Shown piece after piece: positions 11,616 through 24,800 of a stretch of 64,000 bases of DNA; position 1 is the stretch's first letter; every line of letters starts with the position of its first letter. The stretch is from Rhodosorus marinus CCMP1338 (Eukaryota; Plantae; Rhodophyta), in contig JAMWBK010000002.1 in assembly GCA_029953675.1 (NCBI GenBank), forward strand, positions 1,302,001 through 1,366,000, read 5' to 3'. The notes under the pieces are model-generated. The model worked only from the letters and a program-made list of their open reading frames with translations, searched no databases and was not told the origin of the DNA. A program made the position numbers and the translations under genes.

Positions 11616-13882
11616 GGAAATTATGAAAACTTCGTTAAATATGGTTGACGTCGTCTTAAGTTGACTTGGGAAGCACCTAACTGCTCTACAAGATCACCAG
11701 TTCCTGATGAGAGGATCACTCGCCGCTTTCGATAAAAAAATGCCACTGAAGGGAGCTGTTAGGCGTGGAGATGATCGCACTTAAACATGGCGCCGTTCCC
11801 AGTGCTTTGGATTTCAATCCTTGCAAATGGGAAATCGAATTTCATCGGGTTTTTGCAGAGTTCATCCGCAGATTAACGTGGATCGAAGAGCGCTAGTTCA
11901 GCTTGTGGCTTTATGGAAAAGACATCCTCACGCCATAAGGCGAGTAATGCTCAATGATTACTAGGAAAACTAGCACCAGCGGTGGGAGAATTGTGCCATG
12001 TTTAAGCAATGTCGAGTCAGTTGGGGACCTTTTGAGGCCACCTCCTACAGCTTGTGAATTCCAGAGTTCTACCATGATTTGTATATCACAGCCATTTGAG
12101 TGTCAACACACCACGTAGAGGGGACGCCCTTTGACCACGACTATACCACCAAAAGTCGAATGTGTGCTGGGTAGTTTGTAGTCCTTGAGGGGTCGTATTA
12201 GGTAGTCGGGTGTTTGGATGGAGGTTAACAGTTAGGGGGTTACCAGGTCGAGAGGGTCAATACCAGAGGACGCGCCTCGAGAATGGTCGTACCCATATTC
12301 TCGCTGCACGAGACATTACGCCGTGACCACCCATGCTTCCAAGAGGATCCCGGCGCTCTGTACTTCTGCTCGCAAAAAAAGTTATGGAATGATTGCCTCC
12401 AGCAGGAGCTCCTAACGTCCTTGCATAGAGAGCCGCGGGGTAGGATAGATTTGAGCTTGAAAATCTTCATCTGTAAACAACATCTTTGAACCCTCCTCTT
12501 CGAGAAATGGGGGGTCGACGGAGTCCTCGTACGCCTTACGAGAGCTGCTGTAAATGTTACGCCACTAGACGAGATGCTATCCTGCTTGGAAGTTGGTAAA
12601 ATTTCTGACAGATCGATATCCCCTTGTGCCAGTTTGTGGTTCACGTCGTCGGGCTGGTGGCCGTATCATTGCGGAATAGAAGAGCCCTTCCCTCTTGTTT
12701 CGTCCCGGAGGTGAGGTAGAAGCGGCATACGACATGGCATACCGAGTAAACGGTTTTCAGAAAGTAGAAGCATTCGTCACCCTGTAAACGGCTTTCAGAA
12801 ATTTGGGATCGCGCAACCAAATGTAATCCCAACTCGCGCTTGGGCAGAGCCAGAACGTAAAGACGGCTTCTGAGCGTTTTCGGAACCCTCCAAACGGGAA
12901 CGATCTGTTCTCTGGGGAGAGGTTCTGTTCATTAGGGCTTCTTTATTCACCTCTCTTACTGAATAACTCTCCATAGATTTCTGTGTACATGGAAGAACGA
13001 GCACAGGGTCCCTCTTGGAGGCATTGGTTGTGGACGGCGAGCTAGGACCTCGTGGGGCGGCAGTATTTTTGGGTGTTGCAAGAGGACATGTTATCACACT
13101 GCAAGTTGACAAAATTTTGAAACATCCATATCACCTGCTGCCCTTTCTCGTGGTTCTCGTTTCCCGCTAGTGGCAGCACCATTGTGGAATAGGACAAAAC
13201 TTCCCGTTCCGATGATCGTCAGTCCGATCATTCTCCAGGAGAATCAAGGGAGAAACGACATTTGGCACTTTGCACATTTCAGGAGAGAGTAGTCTTTAGA
13301 AAACTGGGAGCGATGAGCTGAGCATTCCAGCAGAGAATGCGACGTCGTCCCACCATTGAGCTTGTTCACCACGCAAGCTAAAGTGCAAGTTGGCATCCAC
13401 CGATTTTGTAAGAGAAACGGTTCCCATTCCGAGGTTACAATTCCAAGCACCAGGACCCGCCAACTAGCTCGCCGGGCTCTATAGCGCTTGCTCCGCTGGT
13501 CACTACCAGCCATGTCCACAGAGGACGGTCAGCATATGGAGGCTATCTCGGCAGCGGTGAACCTTCCACTCAATAGCCTTTCGTGGACACCAGGCAATAT
13601 TTCTCATTAAACATGTTTCACGATAAAACATTTCCCCATAATCAATTTACCCACCAAAAAGTCGACACGTGTCCAATATTTCGATATCGATAAAATAAAA
13701 TCAAAGGCTCCTGACTGTTTCGAGCTATTTCCTTTTTTGAGTTTTCATAGTATTATTTTTGAAATAATTTAGTCCCCTGTTAAATATTCTAAAATATATG
13801 TAATCCTGAACATATATTTAATGAACTTCGATGTTTCCTTTTTGGGAGTGGGCAGGGGATCTCCCCGATCACTCACCGCGCA

Positions 13883-14380
13883 GGCCGCACCAAGGCAGGA
13901 ACAGTACACAAGCTTTACGCTTTAGGCTAGCCATAGTACAATGCAATAGTACGGCTTCCTTTGATTCGCGCAAGCCTACATGCTGCCGGTGTACCTTCGA
14001 AAGACAGTTTAGGTGACGTCCAGTCCCTATTCGAGAGCGGAAGCGGGCGGAATACACCGGGACCGGGGATGGAAAACTAATCCGCTTTACGGTATCGGAT
14101 AGCTTCATTACCATGCCATAGTAAGGTTCCTGTGATTCGAACACGGTGCGAGCTGCCAGTGCCGTCGAAAGAATGTTTGGTGACGCCCAGTCCCTTCGGG
14201 GGTAGGGGGTGTCCCTTAGGGGGGGGCGGGGTGGGTGGGGCTGCACTCAGGAGGAGTACATCAGCTCTATGGTATCACATAGCCACAGTACAATGCCTAT
14301 AGTAAGGTTCCTGTGATTCGGACATGGTGCATGCTGCCTGTGGACTCGAATGATTGTTTGTGAGTCCATTCCCTGGGGGG
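13883..14380. repeat. Three diverged tandem copies of a ~175-180 bp unit separated by G-rich spacers
   Basis: Core atagta(a/c)gg(c)ttcct(g/t)tgattcg..gctgcc..tcgaa..tgttt..tga...cca(g/t)tccct starts at about 13946, 14118 and 14299. Confidence 0.8.
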
Positions 14381-17160
14381 TGCTTGTTTGACTGGAATAT
14401 GGCGCATTTTAGCCTGGGTTTCCCCTTTCTGGTCCAATGGGAAAGTAAGAGTCCAAGGTATATCATTGGGGAAGTCATAAACCGTCCGATAACATTTTGT
14501 CTGGTATAGACGATTAAATAATGGTCTTCATGGTCGGGAAGAAGTGATTTGCAAGTTCGCGGCTACCATTTGCTTATCAGTTTTTTTGAAGCTGGAAGAG
14601 CAAGGCTTACAAAGGTACGTGCAGAAGTGTGGCCTTGACTGAATGCGCGTGTCATCTTTCCCTCACAGCTCACAAAATCTCAGAGGCAGAATCCGTAGTA
14701 GCTATTCGCTCCTGACCAAACTGTTGCCGAGCACTAGATTCGCAGTAGTGAGATTTGGTTTAGATTCTTGTTCTCAAAACGGAATATGAATGGCATGATA
14801 GCGCATATGCACTACCACAATGCAAACAAGGTTACTGTTCCCCACGAAAAGGGGGGAATTTTCTCCTATCTTTCGAATCTTCAAGATTTCACGCGTGCCC
14901 CCGGGGCAGGGGCCTCTCCACCCGCCACGATGGTACTCAATATTTTAGTCACGGGCTGGGATGAGCGCGGTATCCAATTTGTGAGATTCTGATCGGATTT
15001 GCTCACCAGTATTGGCAGTACAAGCAACAACGTACAAATCGCCTCCCGGGATACATTGAAACCTGTATCAACTTATCATGTGTCATGCCTACAAGCGACG
15101 TCCGCTCACCCGAAAAGGGATAAATTTATATTTGCAAAAGAAAGCCATGGTTCAATGGACGGAAACAAAAACCATTGAAATTTGACCCAAATGCACTCCT
15201 TTCTTCTTTTTCACACAAACACACACACACCCCCCCCCAAAACAAAAACAGAGACGCTTACAGATGTTGTGGAAGGAACCATATGGCTTGCGTATACATC
15301 CCATAAAATATCAAATTTATTCTCTTTCGGAAATCCTGGTTCGCCATTCGCTCAGTTCCATACTGGGAGGCACTTGGGACTGTGCTTACATGGTCCGGGG
15401 GGGGGGGGAGGGGGTAAAGGACAATCCCCAAATTTGTTCTGAAATGCAGAGATCCCCAATGAAACATCAAAATGAATTTTGATTACCAGCTGTTTAGATT
15501 AAGCTAGACAATGTGAGTCTTAGACAATGTGTGTCGGACGACTGTAAACCATAAATATGGGTTTCCGTTCGTCCATGATCCTCTGATTTGACTACCGCCC
15601 GAGAAAAAAAGTCCGATTGCGTCCGATATAAGTCCGTTGGACATGAATTAAGGAATATTTAGGTGCTTTGTGTTCTGGCTTACATCTATTGTATGTTTGT
15701 CAGACCTGAAATAGAAAGCAAGAGGCAGGACTTGTCTGATAACGACCGATTGGTTTCCAATATTCCGCAAGTCAAAGTTGACTATTGATTGGATTTCAAT
15801 CTTCTTGTGGGACTCTATCTCCGTGCCATGCTCTTATCCAGACTGTCTTTGCTTCAAACATTCGAAGCCTAGAATTCTGAAACACCGCTGTTGGGGCTCC
15901 CGAACCCAAACATCCTTGATCGGGACCTTTTGCTAAAACCTCTCAGTTGTAGGGCTTAGATAGTGTTCGAAACCACGAGTTATAGAAGCTAAAGGTATTG
16001 GAGTGACGACAGTGACGACTAAGAAGGGGGGGTTCAGTTCTTAGAAAACAGTCGCCCTTAACGGTGCGAACAGGCAAGCATGGAAAACGGAGCAAAAAAG
16101 TAAGAAAGGAAAAAAGAAATAAAAGGAAATAAAAGACAACTTAGCCAATGAAGAAAGGGAAGAATCAAGCGTCAAAAGGTAATTCGGAGATGGTTGGCCG
16201 TAGCTTCCTCCCAACCATTATATAATCATAATTCAATATTCGAACTGGAGGGATTGATCACTGAAATAACGTTAATTGAACATCAGAGCGTTACCGCGGC
16301 AAGTATATCTGACCAAGAATCAGACACGGTTTTCAGTAGTATTTTAATGAAATAGTTTATGTATATCTACACTTATTTAATAGTTTATACCGGACAAAAT
16401 GTTATCGGACGATTTATGACTGCCCCAATGATATTCAACATGTAGCAAATTTGGGACCGTTGTCCACAGGGGGTCCTAATTCTGAGTCTTCGTCAGATGC
16501 ACCAATGTTCTACCTGTGTTGAGATATTACGTTCCGCAATACAAATTAGTCCGGGGGTGAACATGGATGTAAAAGAAAAAGAACACGAGGCACATCTATC
16601 TTGCTCCAGTCAATTGAACGGGTTACCCAACCTGCCTTCTGCTTTCCCCTTCCCTTGGGAAAAAGCGTGTACGATATTTTGTCCACCATCTGAAGATTTT
16701 TTCGCTCCGAAAAAATAGGCTGTCCTGACAAAAAAAACACGACAGTTTTTTTCAGTTTGCACAACTCGGCAAAGGGTGATACGCCCTACCCCCCTTAGCC
16801 CATCCCCGTGCCCACCCCCCCCTCCTTTCCGGCCTCTGGAGAGGTTATGGGGTGTAGCAAATCGTGTTTCTTATTTCAGTAACTGTCTTCAACCGGACAC
16901 CTTGGCTTATTGAAGTTAATTTTGCATTTGGACGATATTTTGCTGGAAATTAAGGTCCTCGGTGGACGTAGATTTTCGAATCTGGTCGAATAATTGAGTT
17001 ACACAGTCAGTCGCCGTCCGCACCCCCATTCCTTCCTAAATGCGCGAATTTGCTTTCATATAACTCTATTTTTTCGGGCTTGCAGTGAGTCTCCCACGAG
17101 TGAAGCTCGTTGAGTAGGAGTGCGCTGTTGTTAAACGCACTTCTAGCCGGTGTGGGTGGG

Positions 17161-17770
17161 TACAAGTTCAGGACGAAAGGTATTGAGAATTTAACAAGTT
17201 CATCGCTCATTTTTTTCTGGACTTGGTCGCCGAATATTATTTGCTAATCGACCTGACTTCATGATTGTTAACCGTACTGTTTCCGTTCATGGGTACGTTC
17301 AGGACGAAAGTTGCTGAAAATTTAATTAATTCACGATTCATATTGATTGCTCGACTTCGGCTCAGAATATGTACTTGCCAATATAATAGATATGACTCAA
17401 TGCCAGTGTTGCTAACCCCTGCAGTCTCCGTTCTTCCTTCTGTCATTGAATTGTCAAAGCTCCAAAGCCTTTATCTAGGGAAGATACTCTCATCTGACAG
17501 ATGTGCCAAGGGGCACAAGGTAATTTTAAGCATGTTCGCAAGGGTGCCAAGCTGTCCACAGCCAGCAAGCTCTGACCAATGGACCCGTCGTTGGGGTTAC
17601 CGTAGCATAGTCGCCATTCCACTTTGTATCAAAATCCGCCCGCAACCTTTGAGCGGAGGCTGAAAGTAGCAAGCTCTCCGCCGTCGCCAAGTTTCAGAAG
17701 TCGCCCCGTAACCTTTGAGCCAAAGCTGAAAGCAACAAGCCTCCGCCGTCACAAGTTCAGCGGTCGTCAT
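17161..17770 (+). pseudogene. Possible decayed leucine-rich-repeat coding remnant
   Basis: LPSVIELSKLQSLYLG at ~17433-17480, a 66-bp (22-codon) tandem duplication at 17641-17768, and a ~131-bp-spaced direct repeat (gttcaggacgaaag at 17166 and 17297). Many stops and frameshifts. Confidence 0.25.
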
Positions 17771-20700
17771 TGTTAATACCGAGACAGCAACCCGGAGACA
17801 AAACCACGCTAAACACTGCGGTAATCCTCGGCTATTAAGCAAACCTCAGGCAGACCGTTTCTGGGATCTTAGCTCCCCGAGGTCTCCTAGATCTCTTCGC
17901 GATGAGTCTCTTCGAGGTCGGTCAAATGGGCGCTCCCGAGCAAGTACCAAAGACTGCGGGCTTAAAACTCGACCCCGCGATCATCGAGCGAGCCTCTCCC
18001 AGCTCGAAAAGACTTGAAAACCCTAAAGCTTCTGTTGGCCTGGGCAGTAGGAGCATTTGGAGCGGCTTCCTCTATCAATCTATGTCGCCTTGCTCGAGAG
18101 CATGTGTTTCTGCCTAGAAGGAAAGCATACTGCAGCAAGCCTCGTCGCAGATCACCGTAATCAATGTCGTTTGGATCAGCCGCCCTCGACTCGTTAATAA
18201 GGGAGGCCGGGCGTGGCGGGGTGCTTTCCACATTGCTGTTGCCAATTTTTGAACCCACAAGCCTTTTTGAACCCACAACAGCCTTACGACTAAAACTCCG
18301 GCGATCTAGCGAACCGGCCTGTTCTCAATCCGTGCGAAAGACTTCGTCATAGAATAAGAACCGAAACGTAAAGCGTTCTCGTGTGCTTTGGTAGAAACCA
18401 GGAGTCCGTCCAAAGCTGGTTAGCAAGGTATTCCCGCTGAAGGCGAAAGATTTCGCATCTTAGTCACAGAACTTGACGGATATCTTCCAATCAGAACGCT
18501 TGCATTTCACATTATATGTATAATTATATATATTTCTTTTCTTTTTAGTCAAGAGTTTGCTCTCGTCGGCTCGCCCTGAGCTGTGTAAGCGTCAAACAGG
18601 TGTTCGTTCTCTAGGTCTAGGGGGACCCTCAAAGCATCCGCTTTCGGTTTCAGTATTCTTTGTATTCAAGAAAATAAGACATGATATGATTTTTAAAAAG
18701 AAAACAAACGACCACCCCTCGGAGTACAAACCAGTGCCGAGCCTTGAATCTTACTACGTGCAGCGATTAGATCTTTTTGGGGGGGTTGTATCAGTTTTTT
18801 TACCCTTTCGAGTGCTTTTCCATATCAGTAAGGAGGAAAAGAGACCCAAGATCGCCTTCAGCTCCAAACCATTAAATTGCCGTCCCGAGAATCATCGGAA
18901 GAAAAAACAGAAAAAAACATAGCACGCCCCTCGGCTCAACGGCCGCTCCTTTCCCTTCAACTCATAGGGAGGCCTCGCAACCTACTGCAATTTGGTCCAT
19001 GTTTTTGATCAAGTACACAGTACCTATGTACTAAAAAATGTCCCTCCCCCTGCCAAAAAAACAAACAAAGCTTAGCTAACCCTAAACCTGCCGCTCTTTT
19101 CCTTTCAATCATAGCAGAACCGCGATCCGCCTCAGCCTTTTCTTTTTTTGAGCAAATAATAAACCCTTCCGTCAAGTTTTCCAACCCCTCTTATTCGAAC
19201 CCAACCCCCTCCCCCCCCTCTACAGAAGCAAGCTTTCTGAATCCTGCCCTCGATTCATTTTGAATCCTAAACCCACAAAAATGTAGAAAAACATATGTAT
19301 CTCTATTAAACCTATTGCGGCACGAGGATACCCCAACTCACGCAATATAAGTTCTATTTATTGATATTTTAGGACTACTATTGGACGATATCGCCCTTTA
19401 TGGCACGCTCTAGATGTGTTTCTTAGCTCAAGAAGAAAAGCGAGAATAGTTTTTAGTTAAAAGAAATTACGTCAGGAATTTTTTTAGTTCAAGAAATTAA
19501 GGCAGTATCGGTTCCTCTAAGTGAGGTTCCATCGCTTCATCCTCTTTTTTTTCCCTGCAAACTGTTTCTTGTGTACCGGACGATCTGATCACATACTCCT
19601 CAGGTGACAAAATACTCTATAAGATTCCCCGGATCCCCTTTTTTTGGAGGGGAGCTAAACTTCGTCATAGACTCCAAGCCTCAGCGATAGTAAAACGACT
19701 CAAAAATAACAAATTTTCAAAAAGTGGAACCAATAGAGTAGCGTCGGATCGAGGGTGAAAGCATGATTGAAATATTCTACCCATTTATATATAGCTTCAT
19801 TGCCTGCCGTCATATACTCGTTTAAATTAAATCATAGATATATCTTGATAAGAATATTAGCCTTTTCTTTTGTACGAGAAAGTAAGTTCAAAAAGGGTTG
19901 AAATTATGCTGGTTTCCTTTTTTTCTTCCATAGATATTGAACTACAGAATAATATGAAGGTACAACTATGAATTTTCATTTATGATTCAGGATTCCGAGG
20001 ACAGAGTCAAGAACTCGGTTTTCATTCGCATTCGGGGTTTTATAGATCGAATCTCTTTCTTCTAGTTTTTCTGGAACACTTGTCCTCCTCTCGGCATTTC
20101 GAAAGGAATAGAAAAAACAAAAACAAAATTCGGCTTTCAGTTAAAGGAGGGGGGGGATGGGTTGCGGGTGGGGGTTTTCAGGGGTATACTTTTCGACCGA
20201 AGTCAGGTTCCAAAAAAAGCCTTCTATGACTACAGTGTCAAAGTGACGTCATGGCTGAAATTTCCCAATACTCCCGTCCAAAGTGCCCGCACCCAGTGAC
20301 CTTCAACCAAACTTTTTTTCCCAACATTGTTTGATGATTTTTTGGGGGTTGTTTGTTTCCCGGACGGGCTGAGTTTCCAGACCCTGGGTTCAAAACACCC
20401 ACGAAAAAAGAGTGTCCGAAGGAAATCACACCACCCGGTGCGGAGAATCTCGTGGAAAAAAAGAATTAGGATGGGTAGAAAAAACATGAGGCGATTTCGG
20501 GGCCGTTTTTTTCTTTCGAAAGATTGGGCGAACCCATTGAGGCGGAGCGTCTACAAAATCATTCATTGATTACGGGTACAAAAAAAATTAAAAAGGAAAA
20601 AAATAGAAAGAGAGCCATCCCATCGTCTAGGCGAAGCCGTGCCTTGGAGGAATCCTTCCTACCGTGTGAGCTATTGAGTGAATGGTGGGAACCCAACTGT

Positions 20701-21053
20701 TCTTGAGGTTCCAAAAAAAGATGTTCCGAACTGTGCACTATACGATTGGGATTTGGCTCGCGGGTTTGGATTTGGATGCATGGAGATGTAACCCTAAGAT
20801 CGACTTTTTTCTACGAAAACGAGAATAAGGCCAAGGGCGCAGGGTTCACAGATTTCCGAGCAAAAAAAGGATTCCTGCGGACATGTCTGGTTCCCGTACC
20901 TTCAGACGAAGGGTATATATACTGACTTCCATGCCCGACTATTCACAATCTTGAGCATGGTGGGGAGTAAGGAGGAGAGCAAAAGGAGTGAAGCATTTGG
21001 AAAAGATTGTCGAAAGGTTTTTGCTCTTTCCTAATACATAGCACTTTCGACAT

Positions 21054-21842
21054 ATGACCGTGAGCATGGGTGTTGAGAAGACGACGAAGAGGGTCAAGGT
21101 GGTTAAAGACCCATGGACAGCCGAGCAGGACCAGCAGCTCACTATGCTGGTGTCCACCTCTGGGCTACGCTCCTGGACGAAGATTGCTAGGTGCCTAGAG
21201 AGAAGAACAGGCAAGCAATGCCGGGAGAGATGGTTGAACTACCTGGATCCGAGGATCAAGCATGATGCTTGGACCCACGAAGAAGACATGCTCCTGATAC
21301 AGCTACAAACAAAGTACAGGAATAAGTGGGCTGCGATCTCGAAGTTCATGGATGGCCGCACCGACAATGCGATTAAGAACAGGTGGAACTCCGCACTGAA
21401 GAGGATTGTAGAGAACGTGAATGAACAGAACGCAACGAGTCCGATGACACCGAAGGACTCCCATGTATCATCCGGGTTCGGAGTTGAAATGATGAACTCT
21501 AGCGACGAAAGCTCGTTGGCATCCAGCCCCGTCGAAGCGGTTTTCGACGCCCGCACTTCGCGAAAGATGAGCGAAATCGATACTGTATTCGCGGATACTT
21601 TGAACTTCGGTCAATTTCACGTATCGGACAAAGTCCAGGAGAGTGTAGCAGCTCCAAGGACGGACGACAAAGCTTTCTGGGGTGTAGTACCTGAGCACGC
21701 CTACTCATCGCGTTTTCTTGATGATGTGCTAGAGCAATGTGTGGATTCGTCCGTATGCTCGGAATTGGAATCACCATCAACATGGACAGACAATTTGCTT
21801 CACCCCGCTCAGGAGGAGTTGAACTGGACAAAATCTTTTTAG
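21054..21842 (+). CDS. R2R3-type MYB transcription factor (intronless, 262 aa)
   Basis: Two Myb repeats: WTAEQDQQL..SWTKIARCLERRTGKQCRERWLNYLDP and WTHEEDMLL..NKWAAISKFMDGRTDNAIKNRWNS. Confidence 0.95.
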   Translation: MTVSMGVEKTTKRVKVVKDPWTAEQDQQLTMLVSTSGLRSWTKIARCLERRTGKQCRERWLNYLDPRIKHDAWTHEEDMLLIQLQTKYRNKWAAISKFMDGRTDNAIKNRWNSALKRIVENVNEQNATSPMTPKDSHVSSGFGVEMMNSSDESSLASSPVEAVFDARTSRKMSEIDTVFADTLNFGQFHVSDKVQESVAAPRTDDKAFWGVVPEHAYSSRFLDDVLEQCVDSSVCSELESPSTWTDNLLHPAQEELNWTKSF

Positions 21843-24800
21843 ACAGACGGGAGATGCAAGAATTGTAGATATGCAAATATGACTTCTGCATTGGGGCTTA
21901 CAGACCAATGAAGATCCATTAAATTTATTGTATTTTTTGGTAATTACTCGTTCAAACGGAAATGCGGTCTATCCTTTCTCGATGAAATACTGCCTATAAG
22001 GCGTGATCGGCGCAGTCTCTTAAGAATTTACCTCTGACCTCGGTAGTCCCGGCCTGAGAACAACACATACCGGTTCTGGCTGAGAAGACGCAACAGTTTT
22101 CGTTGAAATCGCGAAGCCCAGTACTCCCTTTACAGCGGAAAAGTTCCTGTTTGGGGTTTCCTGGGTGATCCTTCAGAGGAGTGAATACGACTACTTCAGT
22201 TTCCTGAGGTGCACTTGAGACAGCTGGGCTTCGAGCCCCGGAAGTGGCGGCACCCCAGTTTCTCTACAAAACAGCAGTTCGCACATGTTAGCAGGTGTTG
22301 ATTTTCCCGCTCCTCCGCAAAGCACCGCGAAAACTGATTGTCTAACGGTTCGAAGGAGGAAGGATCCCGGTTGCACATATACTGACGCCAAAAATCGGGC
22401 CTGATTTCCAGCCTGAGCTCACAAACCGTATTTAGAAACATGCATGTCGAGCACCAAAGAAAGAAAGAGGTCACAAAGTTCGCATAGGATTCTGCACTTG
22501 CTCGCTTCGTCAAGTGTTTTTTCGAAAGCCAAGATGTCCTTCACCGAAGCAAATACAAATCAATCTACCGCCGGCTTGTTTTGCCCCCATAAGCGAACCG
22601 GCAACCCACCCTCTTACCATGTTCTCCGAAGAGCAACGGCCGTCTCCCGAGAACATGCATCGCAAAAACACTTTTCCATCGCCGGTGCCCGGTCAACCAT
22701 TGCCTTGAGAAAAAAGGCGTGCTAACAATCGACAAGATAATAGGTTATCGGTGATCGAGAAGAGGGGTGCCAGCACGACGCTCATGAGTCCCTCAAACTT
22801 ATCACCAGCTAAAATCATTATTTTCAAGAAATCTGTTCAATTTCTCAATTTGTTTTTATTTTTGGGCTAGGAATATGGACCTATTGAGTTACCGTGTACG
22901 TGTGTTTTGGATCCTCGAGCTTTAGGCTCCCGGTTTCTCTCAAGCGGATTAGGAGGTGATGAAATCGAGCGGAACCCCTGACGAACTTGTGCGAATAAAT
23001 CGCCGTCTATTTTTCAATTTTGGTCAGAAACTTGAGTTCCAGAGCATTACTAATTTCGACACTGAGTGAGCCTCTGCTGATCGCGGTTGTTAGAGGTGGA
23101 GTTACCTGAACCCCAAAATCAGGGTGAAGATTGATGTGAAGGTGGTAACTTCCTGCATCGTGACCGACAACCAAAAGTCCAGGTGAATGTCAACTGCCGC
23201 CGACAATCCTCATCGCCTTGATACCAGGAAAGTGGACGCAATAGCTGTGTTGTAGAAAGGAGCTGGAGCCAACTTCCCCGCACGTGGTGAGAACGATGTA
23301 GTGATGGGGTTGGATACAAAGATTCTACTACGGAGATCTAAAAACGATGAACTTCGATTAAACTCGCGGAGGTCCTGATGCAGCATTCCCCTACAGCTAC
23401 CATCTGATCCCATCATTTTTACCGTCTTCACTTCTTGTCATATGTATATCTATGGTCTCAATAGATTCACTTTTTTTGTACCCAGCGAATCTCTTGGCCC
23501 ACGATGCTCAAGACAAAAAAAAATTCCATTCCCTTCCTTTTCCTCACCATATAGAAGACTTGTTCTGAGTCTCACTCTTGTACACAAACTCAACCCCTCG
23601 TATGTCTTTTTTTTTTTAATCTTCCGAGTAAAAACTAACATTCTTGATATGACGCACATCGTCAAACGATCACTAGAACGCAATCAGCTGGCTGCATGCC
23701 AACTGCCAAATTCTCAGTTGGGGGCGGGCATCGTGTTCACCCCTCTTGCGCCATATTTTTCACGACCATAAAAATACATTCATTTTTTACCATCATGTGG
23801 ATGTCACTGTTTATTTTCATAATCAAACAGGCGACGACGAGCACTGAAAAATCATTAGAACTTAAAATAAAGAAAAAAGCATGTTCGATCACCTCCCCCC
23901 CCCACTGGGCACTGAAGTACTTATCAATCTTTCATTAAAATATTCTTACTTTTTCATGCACTGGGACTATTTCTCTAGATTTCTTTTCATCGTGTGCTTA
24001 AATTCTAATTTGTAAAGTATTTCTTGCGGACAACAGTAAAAATGATAATTTTTCCGCAGCCTAAGTAAACGGCTCAATCAAAATCACATGCACTTACGTA
24101 TTCTTCTCAGAGGGAGAGGGGCCCCGGGGCGGAGGGTTTGGCCGGGGGGGGGGAGGAGGGTGGGTACTGGAATCACGGAGTGATATGTGTTCAACAAAAT
24201 TTCATATCTATGAAAAGGCCGCGAACGGTCGGTCAATCCACAATCCCGAGTAATCTTTAGTTGGTTTTAGAAAAGAAGAAAAAAGGGGGCAGTGTTCTCT
24301 TTAATGATAAAATAAAATTTACGCAAGTTGGGGTGTGCGTCGGTGTGGATAGAGAATCTTATTGTGTTTTCTGAGTTTTGCAAATTTTACGGAGCTTCTA
24401 CGTAGACTAAAACATGTGTAAGTTCTGTTGCGAACATAGGGTGAAAAAATTACGTAATTGAGGTAGTGTTCCCCAGGAGGCCCCAAAACGCTTTTTTTAA
24501 GCAGTGATCTAGAGTATAATTTTCCTTGTTGGGTCTGAAACTGTTTAGCAGTTTCTTTTGCCGTGCGAAATCCATCATCACAAGTATATTGGGTTGTTGC
24601 TCTCCTGGCTCTCATCCCCTCGGGTGCGGACAAGTACGGGCAGATGCCCGGATTAGCACAGTTGAAGTGCAAAAGACCTCTCTTTCATCAGATTGACAAG
24701 TTTGTCCAACCGGCAATGAAAACGGCCGCTGAACAACTCTCCGACGTTGCAGTCCAATCGCATGCTGAATTCTACTTGTCGTATGCTCGTTGTATTGATG

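Noticed and set aside
12240-13520. Cluster of short ORFs and a short direct repeat (ccaccaaaagtcga at ~12147 and ~13651)
   Set aside because: No TE or protein motif recognised; the repeat is too short to call LTRs or TSDs.
14130-14150. GTTCGAATC (minus strand), tRNA T-loop-like
   Set aside because: No cloverleaf, D-arm or acceptor stem could be built, so no tRNA was called; kept only as a note in the repeat-array finding.
15535-15580. Imperfect hairpin ggacga..aaaccata/tatgggttt..tcgtcc, a possible Helitron 3' end
   Set aside because: No correctly placed CTRR terminus, matching 5' TC end or Rep/helicase remnant.
17962-18276. 104-aa minus-strand ORF downstream of an orphan C-tract
   Set aside because: Flanked by in-frame stops, no ATG and no recognisable domain.
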